Shown here: piece by piece, positions 40,201 through 55,221 of the stretch
Numbering within the stretch: the first letter of the stretch is position 1
Layout: every line of letters starts with the position of its first letter
Assembly: GCF_000150275.1 (NCBI RefSeq)
Contig: NW_002060943.1
Coordinates: 1,478,832 to 1,542,831, forward strand
Source: Trichoplax adhaerens
Taxonomy: Eukaryota > Animalia > Placozoa
Reading direction: 5' to 3'
DNA: 64,000 nt
Position numbers and translations under genes: made by a program
Notes under the pieces: generated by a model
What the model saw: only the letters and a program-made list of their open reading frames with translations
The model's database searches: none
What the model was told of the DNA's origin: nothing

Positions 40201-41751
40201 AATTTTCATTAGAATAAGGCAGCATTTTGACAGTAACTTGATCTGCTAGCTACTATCGATGTTTATTTCATCTGTTTTTGGGAAATACTTATATCAATTA
40301 ATTATGATCGACGGAAAATCATATCATTTTTATTATTTTCATATGCAATATAGTAATGTTTCACCAATATACTAATTTAAAGTCTATTACTAATATTTGT
40401 TTAATTTGTGTTCAAGATATATTCTGATTTTAATTAGTTTGTTTAAATGTATTTTCGCAATCCAACAAGATTTACATGTTGTAATTTAGCTTAATAATCA
40501 CGAAGAAATAAAAAGAAAATTTGATAGTTTTCATTGTCAATTGAAGAGTACGTTACTAAATCTCAGATTTATTAATTAATTTGCATAAATTTTAAGCTTT
40601 GGCTTTTCCATCATACTCAGTCTCAATTTTATAGAGTCAATAACAAGCTAAATATTAAACAGCTAAAAAACGATCTATCTCACAAAATGTTAATTAAAGG
40701 ATAAGGCTTCAAATAGTAGCAATAGTATCGCTTTTCTATATTCCAGTAAATGGATAAAAATCAATTAATTATCAGCTATTAATACGTCAGTATTAAGGAT
40801 TTTATCCCACCAAATAAGTTGGTTAGCCATAATTTTTATCAACCAGTTTAGACAAGCAAAATGCCAATTCTTTAATATGATGAATATTATAAAAAGCGGC
40901 AAATTGTCGATAGTATTTACCCATAGCATTTACTATACATACTTGTCTACTTATGAGAGTCGTAACTGCGGCAAAGAAAACAATTTTCATTTATTTAATT
41001 AAAATACCTTAATTCCTTAAAGTGTATATTTAAATTATCAAAAAATGTTAAAGAACTTTGCTACTCCCGCGAATATTTCAATATTCGCTTCTAATTGTCC
41101 TGTTATACATGGACCGATAGTATAGGCAGACGACAATATAAACTAAAAGAAGCAGAAGCTTAAAATACATCAGCATTGCTAGTTTTGCAATACTATAAAT
41201 CATGAATAAGAGAGTTTGATATAAGATGGATTAATTATGTGGGTATAAATAGCACAGTCAGAATTACTTCAAAATTTCAACTCATACGCTACGCTAAATC
41301 GCTTGTTCTGGCATAAAATACATGACCTTAATTAATATTGCATTTAATTATAGTTTGTAAACATCAACCTAATAAAATGATGAATAAGACAGATCCAATG
41401 CAGTAGTAAGATAAGCATAATTTTTATACTACTGTCTTAGTGCCAAGTCTTAGAATTGATGTAACTAGCTAGTTATATTACTCGTGATTCATTTTTTAAT
41501 TTAATTATAAATACCATGGTCATATTTTCGTCACGACATAAAATTGAATAATATGAAATGTAGTAATTAATGAAGAGCTTCTATCCCTGGCTAAAACTAG
41601 GATAGTCATAACTTGGCCAACTACGTTGATTTATAGCCAGTAATTACATGTATAGATATCACACGTACAGTAGGTTTGAAAGCATAAATGGAATCGTTCA
41701 ATTTTTGTGGTTAATAGAGGACTAGACAACCACTTAGGCCAATGGCTAATT

Positions 41752-42750
41752 CTAGCGAATTGTGGACATTCGTGTCACGGTTTGGCTCTTTTTAGATTGG
41801 AATTTACCTCCAGAAAATGCATAGGCAATAGGATGCAATACACTGCATGAATTAGCAAGACATACGACCCAAAACATTACCTCTTTTTCCTCCGTAGTAA
41901 ATGTCTGTGGACGGGAATCAAAGACTATTTGCATAGTCCATAATGGCACCCAAAGTAGTAAAAATAAGATTGTCATAATTGTAATGGTGGTAATAGTTTT
42001 TTTCCTTGCATTATCGATTTTCGATGAACCCTGGCGTACTTCATTGACCGGATATTTAATGGATTTCCATATGCGTAAAATAATTCTGCTGTAACAAAAA
42101 ACTAATATAACCGATGGTACAACGCAAAGGATGAGATAGTTGAATATAATCATGAAAGTACGAAATTCTTCATTGCCATATTTACGTCGACAAAATTGGA
42201 CATTAAAATTGTACAATTTAAATTCATCGCTTTGGATAACGTATAAGTAGGGCGTCATGAGAGCTGCCGACAATATCCAAACGAGTAATATTGTTTTTTT
42301 GGTCCTTGCTTTGGAGCTTTCAAACTGGAATGAACGACAAATCGCTCGATAACGATCAATTGCTAATGCAACCAAGGTGAAAGCTAATGCTGTCATGGCT
42401 GTGGTCCTTATATAATTGATTATTTTACATCCAGCTGCACCAAAGACCCAAGCGCCTCGTAAATAATCAGATAACAAATTAATTGGAACATACAGCGATG
42501 TAACAAGAAGATCAGCAAAAGCTAAAGCGGCAATGTAATATTCAGCAATTCCAATACGCTTACTCGATTGACGAAGCAAAACTCCAATCACCATAGCATT
42601 ACCACCGAATGCACCAATAAAAATAATAAGACTAACGATAGTTTTAGCTACCATTACATTAGCTGGTTTAACGAATATTTCTTCAAAGGTAAAATTTCTG
42701 GCCATTGGTATGGTGATATTTTGTAAAATGGGCGTTGGAGATGCCATCAT
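41752..42750 (-). CDS. rhodopsin-like (class A) GPCR, paralog of 32494-33435
   Basis: 7 TM segments; GN, LAFAD, WVFG..CK, DRY, LWVP, HPIAY. Shares NYIR, LMTPYLY, FCxRxYG and EKExxFW with the 32.5-kb receptor. Confidence 0.95.
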   Translation of the reverse strand: MMASPTPILQNITIPMARNFTFEEIFVKPANVMVAKTIVSLIIFIGAFGGNAMVIGVLLRQSSKRIGIAEYYIAALAFADLLVTSLYVPINLLSDYLRGAWVFGAAGCKIINYIRTTAMTALAFTLVALAIDRYRAICRSFQFESSKARTKKTILLVWILSAALMTPYLYVIQSDEFKLYNFNVQFCRRKYGNEEFRTFMIIFNYLILCVVPSVILVFCYSRIILRIWKSIKYPVNEVRQGSSKIDNARKKTITTITIMTILFLLLWVPLWTMQIVFDSRPQTFTTEEKEVMFWVVCLANSCSVLHPIAYAFSGGKFQSKKSQTVTRMSTIR

Positions 42751-45700
42751 ATACTGATTTACCTGCTATATACTTCCTTTTTTGCAGGAGGTAATTGAGG
42801 AATAATTCTATCAATGAGTAAGTAAATATTTTACGTTGAAAATGGTTGATTAATCAACAGTATTTTTGAACTATTTTGAACTATTCGCTTAATCTCTTGG
42901 ATGAACTAGCCAAGGAAATGATCAATATCGTGTCTTGTCTTCAATTTCTATCGAAAATAAATGAAATAGTATCCAAGGAAGTGATTTCTTTGATCAATAA
43001 TTTGATTGACGTTGACTACAGTGTATAGTCTCGTTTACGATACGTCGATGTTAATGTTAGTAACTCTTCTTGTCCATATAGAAAGATTCTTTTTTCAATC
43101 GATACGTTCTCAAATTAATCGGCCACTCGTTAGAATATACAATTACTAGCACATTGTTAACATTCGTACGGTATAAAGGGCTGTCAAACTGATCAATTAA
43201 AGGTACGATGAGCAATGACGTGGAAAGCCAACTATAGATCGTTAATTGTTGACTAGACAACCTTGAAGAAAATGATAGGGTTAATTGGAATGCGCTGTTG
43301 ATTCCAGCATAGGATCGAACTCAATCTAACTGGTAGAACAGCGTTGATAGTTGTCTGTAAGAAGGGAAATGGAGATAAAGATATTAATAAGCTACTACAA
43401 TCCACAATTGAAGTAACAGAATATGCCTATATAATGAAATATCCAAATCTAGTCTATTTACGCTAGAGTTAACGTGCACAATTCTAGTTCATCGTTTATG
43501 GGTTAATTTCAATCCGTGAAAAATGGATATCAACAATTTCTATGCATAACATACGTACAGTAGTCGTAGACTGTCTTTAATTCATAACAATGAAATCCAT
43601 TCTAAAAGATAGAATAAACTAACCAATAATAATCTGCTACCATAGCGATGTAAAAAGTTACAGGTTCTCTGCTGTTTTTTTCATATTTTTGATTGCATTT
43701 ATTATTATCCCAGACAGAACTGATGTACGCCTTCTTCTTCGTCTTGTTTGTTCTACTACCAAACATAAGTCACAACGTGAGGTATTTTAATTATACCAAA
43801 GGGCTAACAATATTAAATTGTTAATGGATGGATATTATTGATCAACACTGTTGCATTAAAAAACAAGTGAATCAGCAGGGTAGTAAAATATTGAAAAGGT
43901 TGGAAGATTATTTATAGCCAGTGTTGTTGACCAATTTAGTCACGCTTTCAGCGTCATAAAAACTAGTCTATACTTTTATCATACATCAACCAATTGATCC
44001 AAAGCCTTCTCTTGACAATTAAGTCAAAGCTGATCTTTGTAGGAGTCCAATTGTGTTGTGGTAACCGTATCATTTATTTATAACTACATTACAGCATCAA
44101 TAAGATAGCTTAAATTGTTACCGACATAACTACTTCTATCCTACAGAAACAATTAATCTCTATCCTAATTAATGACTTGGCTCAAGAACAATACATCAAC
44201 TACTTTACAGAATGGCAAAATTAATTAATATACAGTATACTATTACGCTGTCTATTCCCTCTTGATGCAAGCAAATTTATCTTCTTCTCATACCTTCAAT
44301 ACGCAATCTCTTCAATATAGACGTTATAGTCATTAAATACTAATTCTTAAGTAAACACCTACCATCGCTACTGTATCCTATCGATCAATTACAGTCAACA
44401 TAGACACGGATTCTATCAACGACGACAAAATTCCCTTTTTTTGTTATTGTAGCATACAATAAATTAACCTTTGATTAGTATTATGTAACATAAAAATGTT
44501 ATTCATTTTCTCACGTGGGTTTATTTTCCACTTTACATTTAGTCTTGAAATTTTAGTGGATAAAAATCTAATTAACAACCCATTGTAGGTCGAGTAGGAT
44601 GATTGCAAAATAGACTTCTTTAGAGCGATGTTGGTCATCATCATTAATAATTAGTTCAGTTTGGATTAAAGCTAAATTGAACACTTTATAATACCACTGT
44701 GTTAATAGTATTAACAAATGAACTTCTAATGAATTGATATTGATAAAAAGTTTGAATGATACAAGTTCTCAAGTTGAATAATGTCTGATAAAGTGATGGT
44801 AAAGGTAACAGCAGTACTGCTATTCGATTAAATTTCTTCTATGTACTCGAATAGATATCACAACTATAAACATTAACCTTGTTAAATTGATTATATTCTA
44901 TCAATTTATGAATTTCAAGAGCCAGTATCGTAAGAAGTCCATGATGAGAAACGATTCATTACCCATCCTATACAACATCGCTTTTAGTTACTTAAGTAAA
45001 GGTGTGCAGACGATCTTTTTTTTTAAAGCAACAACAATTCGAAAAGATAGATTATTATTCTGAGCTATAGGTAGACAGCCATTATATGGCATCTATTGAT
45101 GTATTGAATATACGCATCGCTATGAATAGTTGCGAATATTGTGATGAACATTGAAAAGAAAATCACGAGAATTGATGGAGTATAAAATGTGTTAATAAAT
45201 ACTATCGTTCTCTTCAACTTCAATCGAATCGTTTATAATAATATTGACTTATATCAACATCTAATATAAAAGCTACTTCTAGCCTAAAGAATAATAGCAA
45301 AATATTTGAAAATGAACATAGGGTCAATCATAACTAAGTAAGAGTCGGATAATAAATAGGATCCAATTCTTTGTTATAACCTTTGAAATCAAAATTTCAA
45401 AGCCAATAATCAAATGATTGCTAAACAAACACTTACACAAGCGGAAGAGAGAAGACTTCTTCCTTTGGACATTCTTTAATCAATTTTCTAAGAAATACAG
45501 TTATTATTTAACGTGATTCATCGACTCTAATCTCGTCAATGAATATACCCAACTAAGTTTTATCACAAAATTGTTATTGCCGGGTAGTACACAGAAAGTA
45601 ATCTCTGTCATTACTATATTCTTTTCTTAATGGTTATGCTAGAACATACTATTTATATTATAATATTAACCAGTTGAGCTAACATTATAGCAATGAAAGT

Positions 45701-48700
45701 GGAGTAAGGAAATAGTACTCATAAAATTACTCTAAAAGATACATATTATCATTTTTGGAGCTATCAGCAATTCAAAAAATCTTCGAAATGAATTTCAGTA
45801 AATGATGATACGATTTTAGTTTTAAATTCAAATGTCATTATTGAATACATTAGAATTAGAATGAAAAATACCTTAAAAATAATAGCCTACTGCGTACGGA
45901 GCATAACTAGAGAGAAGAGAATGGGAATACGAGCTTTTCTGAGTTAGTAATAATATGATACATATACAGTATATTATAGCTAATCGTTATAGTATCTGAA
46001 GTGCATAAAGTAGCCGCTCTTTAACCTGGAATAGCGTTAATCAAGTTCAATTTCATAATTATAGCCATAAATTTCCGAGTCAAAAGTCAATAACAACCTA
46101 GTTGACTGTTAGTTATCTGAGATATAGTATGGAAAGAAATTCCTTAATTAATTAAGCTTCATTAACTGTCGCTCATGCTCGCTGAAACACAATTATGCAT
46201 CCTATTAATAAAAAGTGTATAATCTATAATTATATTATAATGACAGATTATGTTTACTTTCCCCTATCTTGGATGGAATTAATCTTCTTGAGATTACTGT
46301 AATCAATTTATTCTTAACAATTCTACCTTAGGATTCTATATTAAAACTCACGAATACTGATAATTACTAACGAAAATAGCTCAGCTTTGATGAACTACAC
46401 TTATGAGTTATAACTAGTAGTAATTTACATATCTAGTACTTATCTAAATCTATTGCCGAATATCGTAAAGAATATGGCAAAAAGTGTTTAACGCTCCGAG
46501 TCTCAATACTATCAGTAAAATCAACAAGAAATTTTTTCTCCCATTCCTTATTTAGGGACTTTTGCACATTGGACAGTGCTAATGGATTTTTTATGCTACT
46601 TTAAGTCATGGAGCCAAACGATATTATTTAAGAAAGGCTATTGCTAAAATTTTCTATGCTAGGAGAACGGTAAATCACTGCATCAGCGTTTATAAAGTGA
46701 AATTTTTGCATTCGTTCATAGATCACTACAAAGAGAAACCATCAACTATGAAGGATATCGAAGAAGATCTTAACCTGAAGAGAGCTTCTGAATTCAAGGT
46801 AATGGTTATCAAGCATTACCAATCATGAATGTTACAAAATAAGCAAGTAAAAGCAGGATTAAAGCTATAAAAAATCTTCTTTTCAATAGTAGAACAAGAA
46901 TTTTTACTATTGACCATTTACGATATAAAGCTGTAAGATAAACGTTTTTGTTAATAGTGTAGGCACTTATACTATACATAGAAATTTAGCATTAAACTTG
47001 AACCAAAAAGTCTCAGCAGTAGGCTTGGGTGTGTATGAATTTTAATGTCAATACTGTAACTATTCTATTGGCTAACAAAACGATTTAGGATCCTACTGCG
47101 TGCGCCTTGCTGTCTCGAAGAATGGCCATTAATATTCTTATTCTAGCGCCATGATGATTGTTCTAATACTCTTTCTGCAGCAATCGTGATTATAGATTTG
47201 GCTTACTAAATCTCCAGCCAATCCATTCTTTTATTCCTGGTAATCGTTACATTATACGCTATCATGATCGACTAATACCTATAATCCATATAGATCCTTT
47301 CCATTGCGGTAGGTAATGGGTGCCGCTACTCGATAATCATGAATACTACATAAACTTCTGAACGTTCGATTGAAGCAGTTTTCCTCTAAGAAAAACGCAA
47401 ATATTTCTATTTAAGAATAGATAAAAGTTTTAGCAGCACCGCAGCTATTGTATCAACTTGTTTATTATTGCGTCTATTTTAGTTATTTATTGACGCTTCC
47501 TTTAAATATTTTAATACTGAACAGCATTTCTATTGCAAAATACATATTCGCATTCGGTAGCTTCGTAGCTATCGTTTCGATAAATAATTCTTGTGGCCAT
47601 TTTAGTAATTTCTCTTCCTGTGCATTCAATATTTTAGAATTGATAAAAGTATCAAATAAATCTTCACATCGTTTCACCGGAATGAGAACTATAATTAATT
47701 TGTAAATCGTTACTTAATGATCTTAGGAAGAGTATTGGCTTCAAAGGTTTAAGAATCTAGCCACATGGTTGTGACGATGTTACTTTTTGCTACCTTCTAA
47801 TGAGCGATTGGTAGTAACTTGTATTTGGGCGTTAAAAGCTGGTTAAAACATATACCGTATTAATTAATCTAAAGACAGATATTACTACCACAGAGAAGTC
47901 AATAACTCAAGGCTTAGTTGTAAAAAAAATATGGTAGATATTCTTATATGATTTTAACAGTACAAGAAGCGGAATAGCGATGAAATTTCGACATATTTTA
48001 GTACATTCATTTCCATAGCTGGGACAAAATACAAAATAATAACAATTTATAAAAAAAAATTATTCACATCTACTAAAAGACAAGCATCCCTATCTTTGAA
48101 TATTAATTAAATCAATTATCAGTTTACAAAGCCAGTCAGTAGACAAAAATACAAGCACATAAATTGATGAGTTAATAAATAAAGAAAGTGTTACTGTCGT
48201 TAAAAATACATTTTTATACGGTTTAACGGAAACAATGTAATCATATGGGTTGTTGTTTGAATAATGTTGACGCAATTTATTACTGCCTGCTGTTACCTAA
48301 TACCAATACTCCGGAATTTTAAAATATTTCAATGCGATTTTTTATTTGTCCATGTCGAGCTAAATTATATTAGTTGAAGGGCTTAGACATGTTCTTAATA
48401 GAGTTGAATTTTTAATTCAAAATTTCTGTTAGCTGTACTTAATTTTGCTTTACGTTTATTGAAGCTAAGGAAATAGAGGTGAATGACACTGCCTTGAAAT
48501 ACCTGTTATATCTTGTATCTAGTTCAATGCTTGTGTGATTACTGTAGTGCATTTAGAAAAGCAATAATTAAAGTACGTAGACTTTATCTTACTAAACAAT
48601 ATTCTATTAATCTGTAAATATGATTACGTACAAGTTAAAGCCAAGCATTTCGGTAATATGTAAGAATGTTATTGTTATTTAGCAATTCATGCAAGTTGTT

Positions 48701-50059
48701 TTCCCCTTTCTTTTATTCATTAGTCTCACAACTTGGCGACGATATATCCAGCTTCGACGGAAGTAGCATCCATTTATTGAAAAACAGTTCTGACAGAGGT
48801 GTTAGTAGAATTGTATGTAAAGTTAATTAGTATCTCTATAATACTTATATTGATGGTATTTAACAGATTAATAACGAGAATACTGCCCCTTTTTATATTC
48901 AAAAAGTAGCAATGCATTGTTAGGAACATCCCATAGAATTTTTCTCACTACATTCTATCAGACTAACATTAGCTCAGAAGGCCAAATATAGAATAGCAGC
49001 GTACAGTAATTTCCGTGAATAGGTATTAATTACAAAACTTAGGTAATATATTGCCTTAAAGTCACACTATTACATTATTTTCCGATATTATTAAAATCGA
49101 ATCTATGTTGGAAAAGCAGTTATTAGAAATTTGTTATTACTTTAAATAAGATGCGTTTATTAAATAAAGCATCAAGTATCAAATTCTTGACGTAATTAAT
49201 GTACATCTAATAAAACCGACAAAAGGCTATCGAATGTTTGCCAAGACTGATAAATGTTATTTTAACAAATAAATCATTAACACTAGATGCTCCCAGCCAT
49301 ATTCAGCCTGTAACACACTATAGAGCACTTTTAACACCCACTACCGGTACCTAATTATAGCTGGTAATATGATATTTATTCATTTCACGAATAATGAATA
49401 CATTAGCGTGGATTGAAAATAATATCGATCTCCATAAAACTTCTGGTAGAATCAATATTATGATCAAATAGTGGACATAGCAATTAGTTTTAATCCAATA
49501 TTCATATTGCAAGTTACAATTCTGCTGTAGAAATTAATTGGCTATATTGCATCTTATTAAGTACAGTAGTACTAATTATCCTATTCCAGAATCCTTATAT
49601 TTTGTTCCTCAATTTTCTTTAAGGTGGCCGTGCATTATTAGAAAGGAAGAATTTAAACGTGAGCAAACTATCGCTTTAATGATTATGTCATTCCATGAAA
49701 TAGAGATAATTAGAATCGTAGTAACTTCTATGATAACTTTGAATAAATTTATGATTCGGTTTATCCAATTTCTATTATAAGAATGTTTTGTATTCTATCA
49801 TAACCGGTATCTTGTTAAAGAACTTCCTAATTAATTATAGAACTGTAACAATCTCCATTACACGCTCTAATATTATTTATTGCTCTGCATTTTAAATATG
49901 TGAAAAAAACGTAAAGGTAAAACATATGTAATAGACTCACTTTTCACATACCGCTTACTGTACTGAAAAGGAGTAAATTGCGACAATAGTCGCCAGGAAC
50001 TGCGTAAGACAGGTACAATCCTAAGCTATTCTAACCACTATATTAATTCTAGTTCTTAT

Positions 50060-50109
50060 NNNNNNNNNNNNNNNNNNNNNNNNNNNNNNNNNNNNNNNNN
50101 NNNNNNNNN
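50060..50109. other. assembly gap (50 N)
   Basis: run of N. Confidence 1.
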
Positions 50110-53100
50110 TATCGATAAGCTCTATCATATTGAATAAGCATGTTTATTCAGTATATTTCTGCAGTTGTTCTGCAATGATGACGATTAAGTCCTAGATAGC
50201 ATATCTAAGAAAATAAGTTGTTATCTTATTATGAATAAGATAAGATTGTCGTTAACATTCATGGTATGTCCGTTATTGCACATTACTGGTAATTGTCTCT
50301 TATATATAACGGCTCCTAACGCATAATAAAGTTAGTTCGGTACTTAAGCTCTATTGGACTCGTGATAGTTCAGTACTCAAGCCCTACTGGACTATTAAAT
50401 TATTGTTACGATAAACTAGAAAGTGTAACAACTATATCATTCAAAGAGTAATTGTCTATACTTCTTATACAGTAAAATAAAAAGAATTTTTTTTAAATTT
50501 GACAGAATACTCGTCACAAATGAATATAGCAACGTTTCACTCTGGGAAAAATTATAAAGAATGCATGCAGTTGAATAAATTCATATCACGTCAATGGAAC
50601 CTTATTCGCTTTCTTAATATTTATCAAGCGAGTATAGCATACGAAGTATAACGAGCAAAGGAGGAACTAGTGATTTATAAAGTGCCTACCAGCATATGAA
50701 CTAGCATAGGCGAGAGCACATATGAGGGTTTTCAAACGCCGCTAACAGCAATTACTGTTCAATATGTGAAACAAATATGAAGTACCTAGCACTCAATGTT
50801 GATTAACCCACAGCCTTTAAACTCATTAAACTTCATCACTAACAATAACTGATTCAATTAATTTATGTTGATACCGTGTATCAATTTAATATTGTCATTA
50901 ATTTAAGAAATATATATAAAGTGAAACGATGCAATAGCTAAAAATAAAGAATTTTATGCATGACTATATGATAGTATTATTAAAATCCATGATTTAATTG
51001 TTGCCTAACAAAACGATCTTAACGTAATATTTCTGATCCATAGTCTAAACGAATTCACTATAGTATTCAAGATATGTTTATGATGCAAGAATTCGGACAG
51101 CCACTTTTCCATCCACCTATTCAAATACTATGATCAGCTAATTTAAATATGATAACAAAGTATTACTGATCTCTAAAAATACTTTCTAGACGTCCTTCGT
51201 ACATAAAGCAATTTTTCAAATTTTATGATTAAAATTATTTATTTTATCTATCTTTATGACCAAACAACGGTTCCTTTCATTACCATTCTCAGGATTATTC
51301 TATCAATAATACTGGACAATATTTACACTTGACACGAAACCGATACGGGAAGTATTTTTTTTATTATAGCTTTCAACATTTAGAAAACACTTTTCGTAAT
51401 ATCTTCTTTACTATGCTTCTGGATATATTTGTAAAGGATGATCATTGAGTTAGACTACTGATTTAGGCTTTAGCCCTTTACTACTGGGATATTTTTTAAA
51501 GAATTTCCAGATTTTTATGACATATTTGACTATCTTAGATAGGACAACTCGTTGCAGATTGAGTTCAAACTGTGATTCCTCTAGTTATATAAACTGCGCG
51601 TCAATCGATGGAATAAGAAATTTTCAATGCAAATCGATTACGCTACCTAACTTGTTGTTACTGGAATACAAACGTTCTTGCCAGTAATTTAATGCAGATA
51701 TAATAATTACAGCTAATAAACGTTAATATCATTCGCTTTTTGTTTAGGATAAAATTTTTCCTAACGCCTTGTCAGATTTATGAAATAGCAATGGCAGTAA
51801 AGTTATTATTACGATAATGTTAATTTGGAAAAATGATTACATCTCAACCACAAGGCTGTTTATATTTTAACTCAATAATTTAGTATAGTGCTAAGTATAT
51901 CGACTAATACATGAAAGTAACAAATAAGTTTCCGTTGTATGCGTGTGATACCAAATGTATTTATAAGGAAATAAACAACATTGTCCTTATTGCGATGTTT
52001 TTTTCTACTGAATATATTTCCATGTCCTAGTAAGCATCAATGTCAAGTTATACGATATTAACATTAAAAAACTGTATTGTAAGCTGCTACAGTAACATTT
52101 ATTCATAAATGCCGCTAAGCCTAGACTTCGCATGCGGTTACGTTCATATATACGAGGTATTTTGTGCATTTTTTCTAATCTCGATATTTTAACAGCAAGC
52201 AAAAAACTATATCTGAAATTGTGTTATCATTTCTAATAAGAGCACAAGTAATGGTGTACAAGCTAAGCAAACTGAAAGATAAATTTTATAGTCATAGCCT
52301 AAATCATATCAGTTATAACTATAGATTCTGGCGAGCAATCAATCGATATAGAATATTTGTAAATGTATTCACTCATTGCAGAGTTCAAGTGAATTGTCTT
52401 GACACCTGGCGTTATTTCACTTTCTATGATAATCAGATTATTAATTTATCGTGGTTATTGTTGGTAGGATAGCGACATCATTTTGTGTACTGGCAGTTCA
52501 GTATTACCCTTAATATAAATAACTTGAATAAAAAAATGACAATGAAATACAAGTAAATCGATCGGCATAATAATCGCATCCATGTCTTCGTGATTATAGT
52601 ATCAATAATTTAGTTAACAATCCCTTCTATATTTAATACATAATGAATAGCTAAACAATTGCAGTAACTTTTACCTAAGAATAATTAAAGAATGATGATT
52701 AACTAAGTCGATTCTATCATAATCTACAAATATTGCTTACATGCACTTGATTTCTCACTCTCACTCTGACTTCAATTGATATTTCCGAATTCGATACGTA
52801 TATACGAATGTACACATCCTTTGCTGATTCCTTCATGGTAAAAATATTACAAAATCACGTTTACTGATGTTAAATCGCTATATACTACTTTGAAATTTTA
52901 TGTGCCATTCGATCTGCAATCAATTTCTAAGCATTTTAACACGTTGACTGTTTTTAAATAAAAATTATGAAGGTAAGCTCACAAATATTATCAAAAGTAT
53001 TGAATTCTAATTTTAAGGATGAGCGGATAATCATACCGGTCTGAAAGTTTTAATATTGTGAACACTTTAAAAATTTTGTTATAGGCTAAAAAGTTTAATG

Positions 53101-55221
53101 CCGTCATCTAAAATTTATAATTTTTTATCCTGAAATTTATTCTATTAAATATTCCCGGGCTCATTTTAAAAAATTTTCATTAAAGGGAGCCTACATACTG
53201 TTGGTAAAATAGTTGAGATAGAGCAAGCTCATATTTTGTTCATACGCGCCAACATTTCTCTATTATGATACTAGCTCATTTGTTCATGATATGCATGCAT
53301 CTCTTTTATCATTTTCTTCGGCCTGCTTATTTCAATTAATCTACGTATTGATAATTGTGACAGAATACGAAGTTACATTTATTAAATGTAGATGATATGA
53401 TGGTGATATTTATTATAATGTACATAGATATTCTATTACATTACTCATCACATTGATATACCGCTTCCCTTTTACATATAATGCATATTATTTTTTACGA
53501 ATCATAGTTATGCCGATTTCTCAAAGTTAGCTTTGTTTCAGACTCTTTACAATCTTCCATTAACCGATTAATGCTTCTACACTAGACGGTGTCTATTCTT
53601 TTATAAGGCATTACCTTGGACCATTACACTACTTGTTCGTATAGTTCGAAATATAACAGACAATTTCGTAGATCTTTTAGCTTAGTTAAGCATTTTAGTC
53701 TAGAAATAGATTAAATATAGCGTTAGCATTTATTGATATAGCGAGTGTGAATTAAGAATTTGATTAATATAGTCAATTTTTAGTCTATTATTAAGGTGGA
53801 GACAAACATTTTTTTTTTATATAATCTATTGATATCAGACAATATTACAGAAACTGCTAATAGGATATAATATAATACTTACCTTGATATAGTACGATCT
53901 CATTACTTCCATCATGAAAGTCTATGAACTAACGCCTACAGGATACGTATATATTGAAACTGATATATTGCTAGATTGATATAGCAAAAGTAAAGTTGAC
54001 TTCTTTAAAAGCTAGAAATTATTTTTAACAGCTTATTTATTGATACTATGTTTTGTACATATCATAAATCACGAAATGAAGCCGACCGTTTTAACAGGAT
54101 TAATGTTATAATTATAAATGATTAACGTTGTTGGAGATGATATAGTTTGTTTTATATGTTATATAACTTTCTCTCGTATGACATCAATAATATCTTCATA
54201 AATAATAATTGGTCCAGTCTTGGCTAATTGTATCATTGTACGATATCATAAAATATACATTCAAATAGTCATTTCATTAATGGCATGTGCGTATTTTACT
54301 TTACATGTAGAAATTAATAACCTTGATAAGTTATATGATACAAAACTGTAACTAAGCATGATCTTATTTTGACAGCAATCTGAATTAGCTATTATCTGGG
54401 AAAAGTTTAAATTAATCTAAATGTCATATTCGACCCTTTACAAAAAGAGATTAGATGGAACGCATCCTTTAATACAATCCGTGAATATGTAATAATTTCA
54501 TCTATAAAAATTGCATATCTTGTTTTGGAGCTGACAGTTCATTAATAGTTAGCGATTAATTAAAGCATTCAACTGAATCTCTTTTAATTAATTGGGTAAC
54601 AGTTTCATTTAGAATAAAAGTATAAATAATTTCTGGCTCCAATTCGAAGGGGATACGTACAAAAATTTTTCGTTACTTTTACCCTATGACAGTTTCTGTA
54701 AGAAGATTGTCTGAAAAATAGTTTTCTTTGAACCTAAAGGATTTTTTAATCATTTTATTCATTATCATATTTATATTAATTTATATGATTTGAGAATTCT
54801 ATTTGCATGATAATTATAATTGCACAGATAAAATAAGCTAAAAGAAGTAGGAAATTAACAATTTAAATTCTGATTAAATTTAAAAATCATAACTTGAAAT
54901 AGAAATTGAAAAACAAACTATCAATGATTCAACTAGAATTGTTTTCAAAATTCTCGAAAAATTCGGGTATTGTTTCTTTTCGTTTAAATTCTATGCGAAT
55001 CTCTTATTACGTATTGATGTGTCTCAATGCTATTAAATTGATATATATAATTGCTAGTTTTTGTAATATATACGAGATTTATATTGTACATTAAAGAAAT
55101 TTTTTGCTATTCATCTTTCTGAGGAAGACAAAATATTTCTTCTCTTGAATTATATTTAATCTCTCATTGATATTCTGTTTTTGATATACGTATGTTGTAG
55201 GAAAATCCAATTCTGCTTAAT

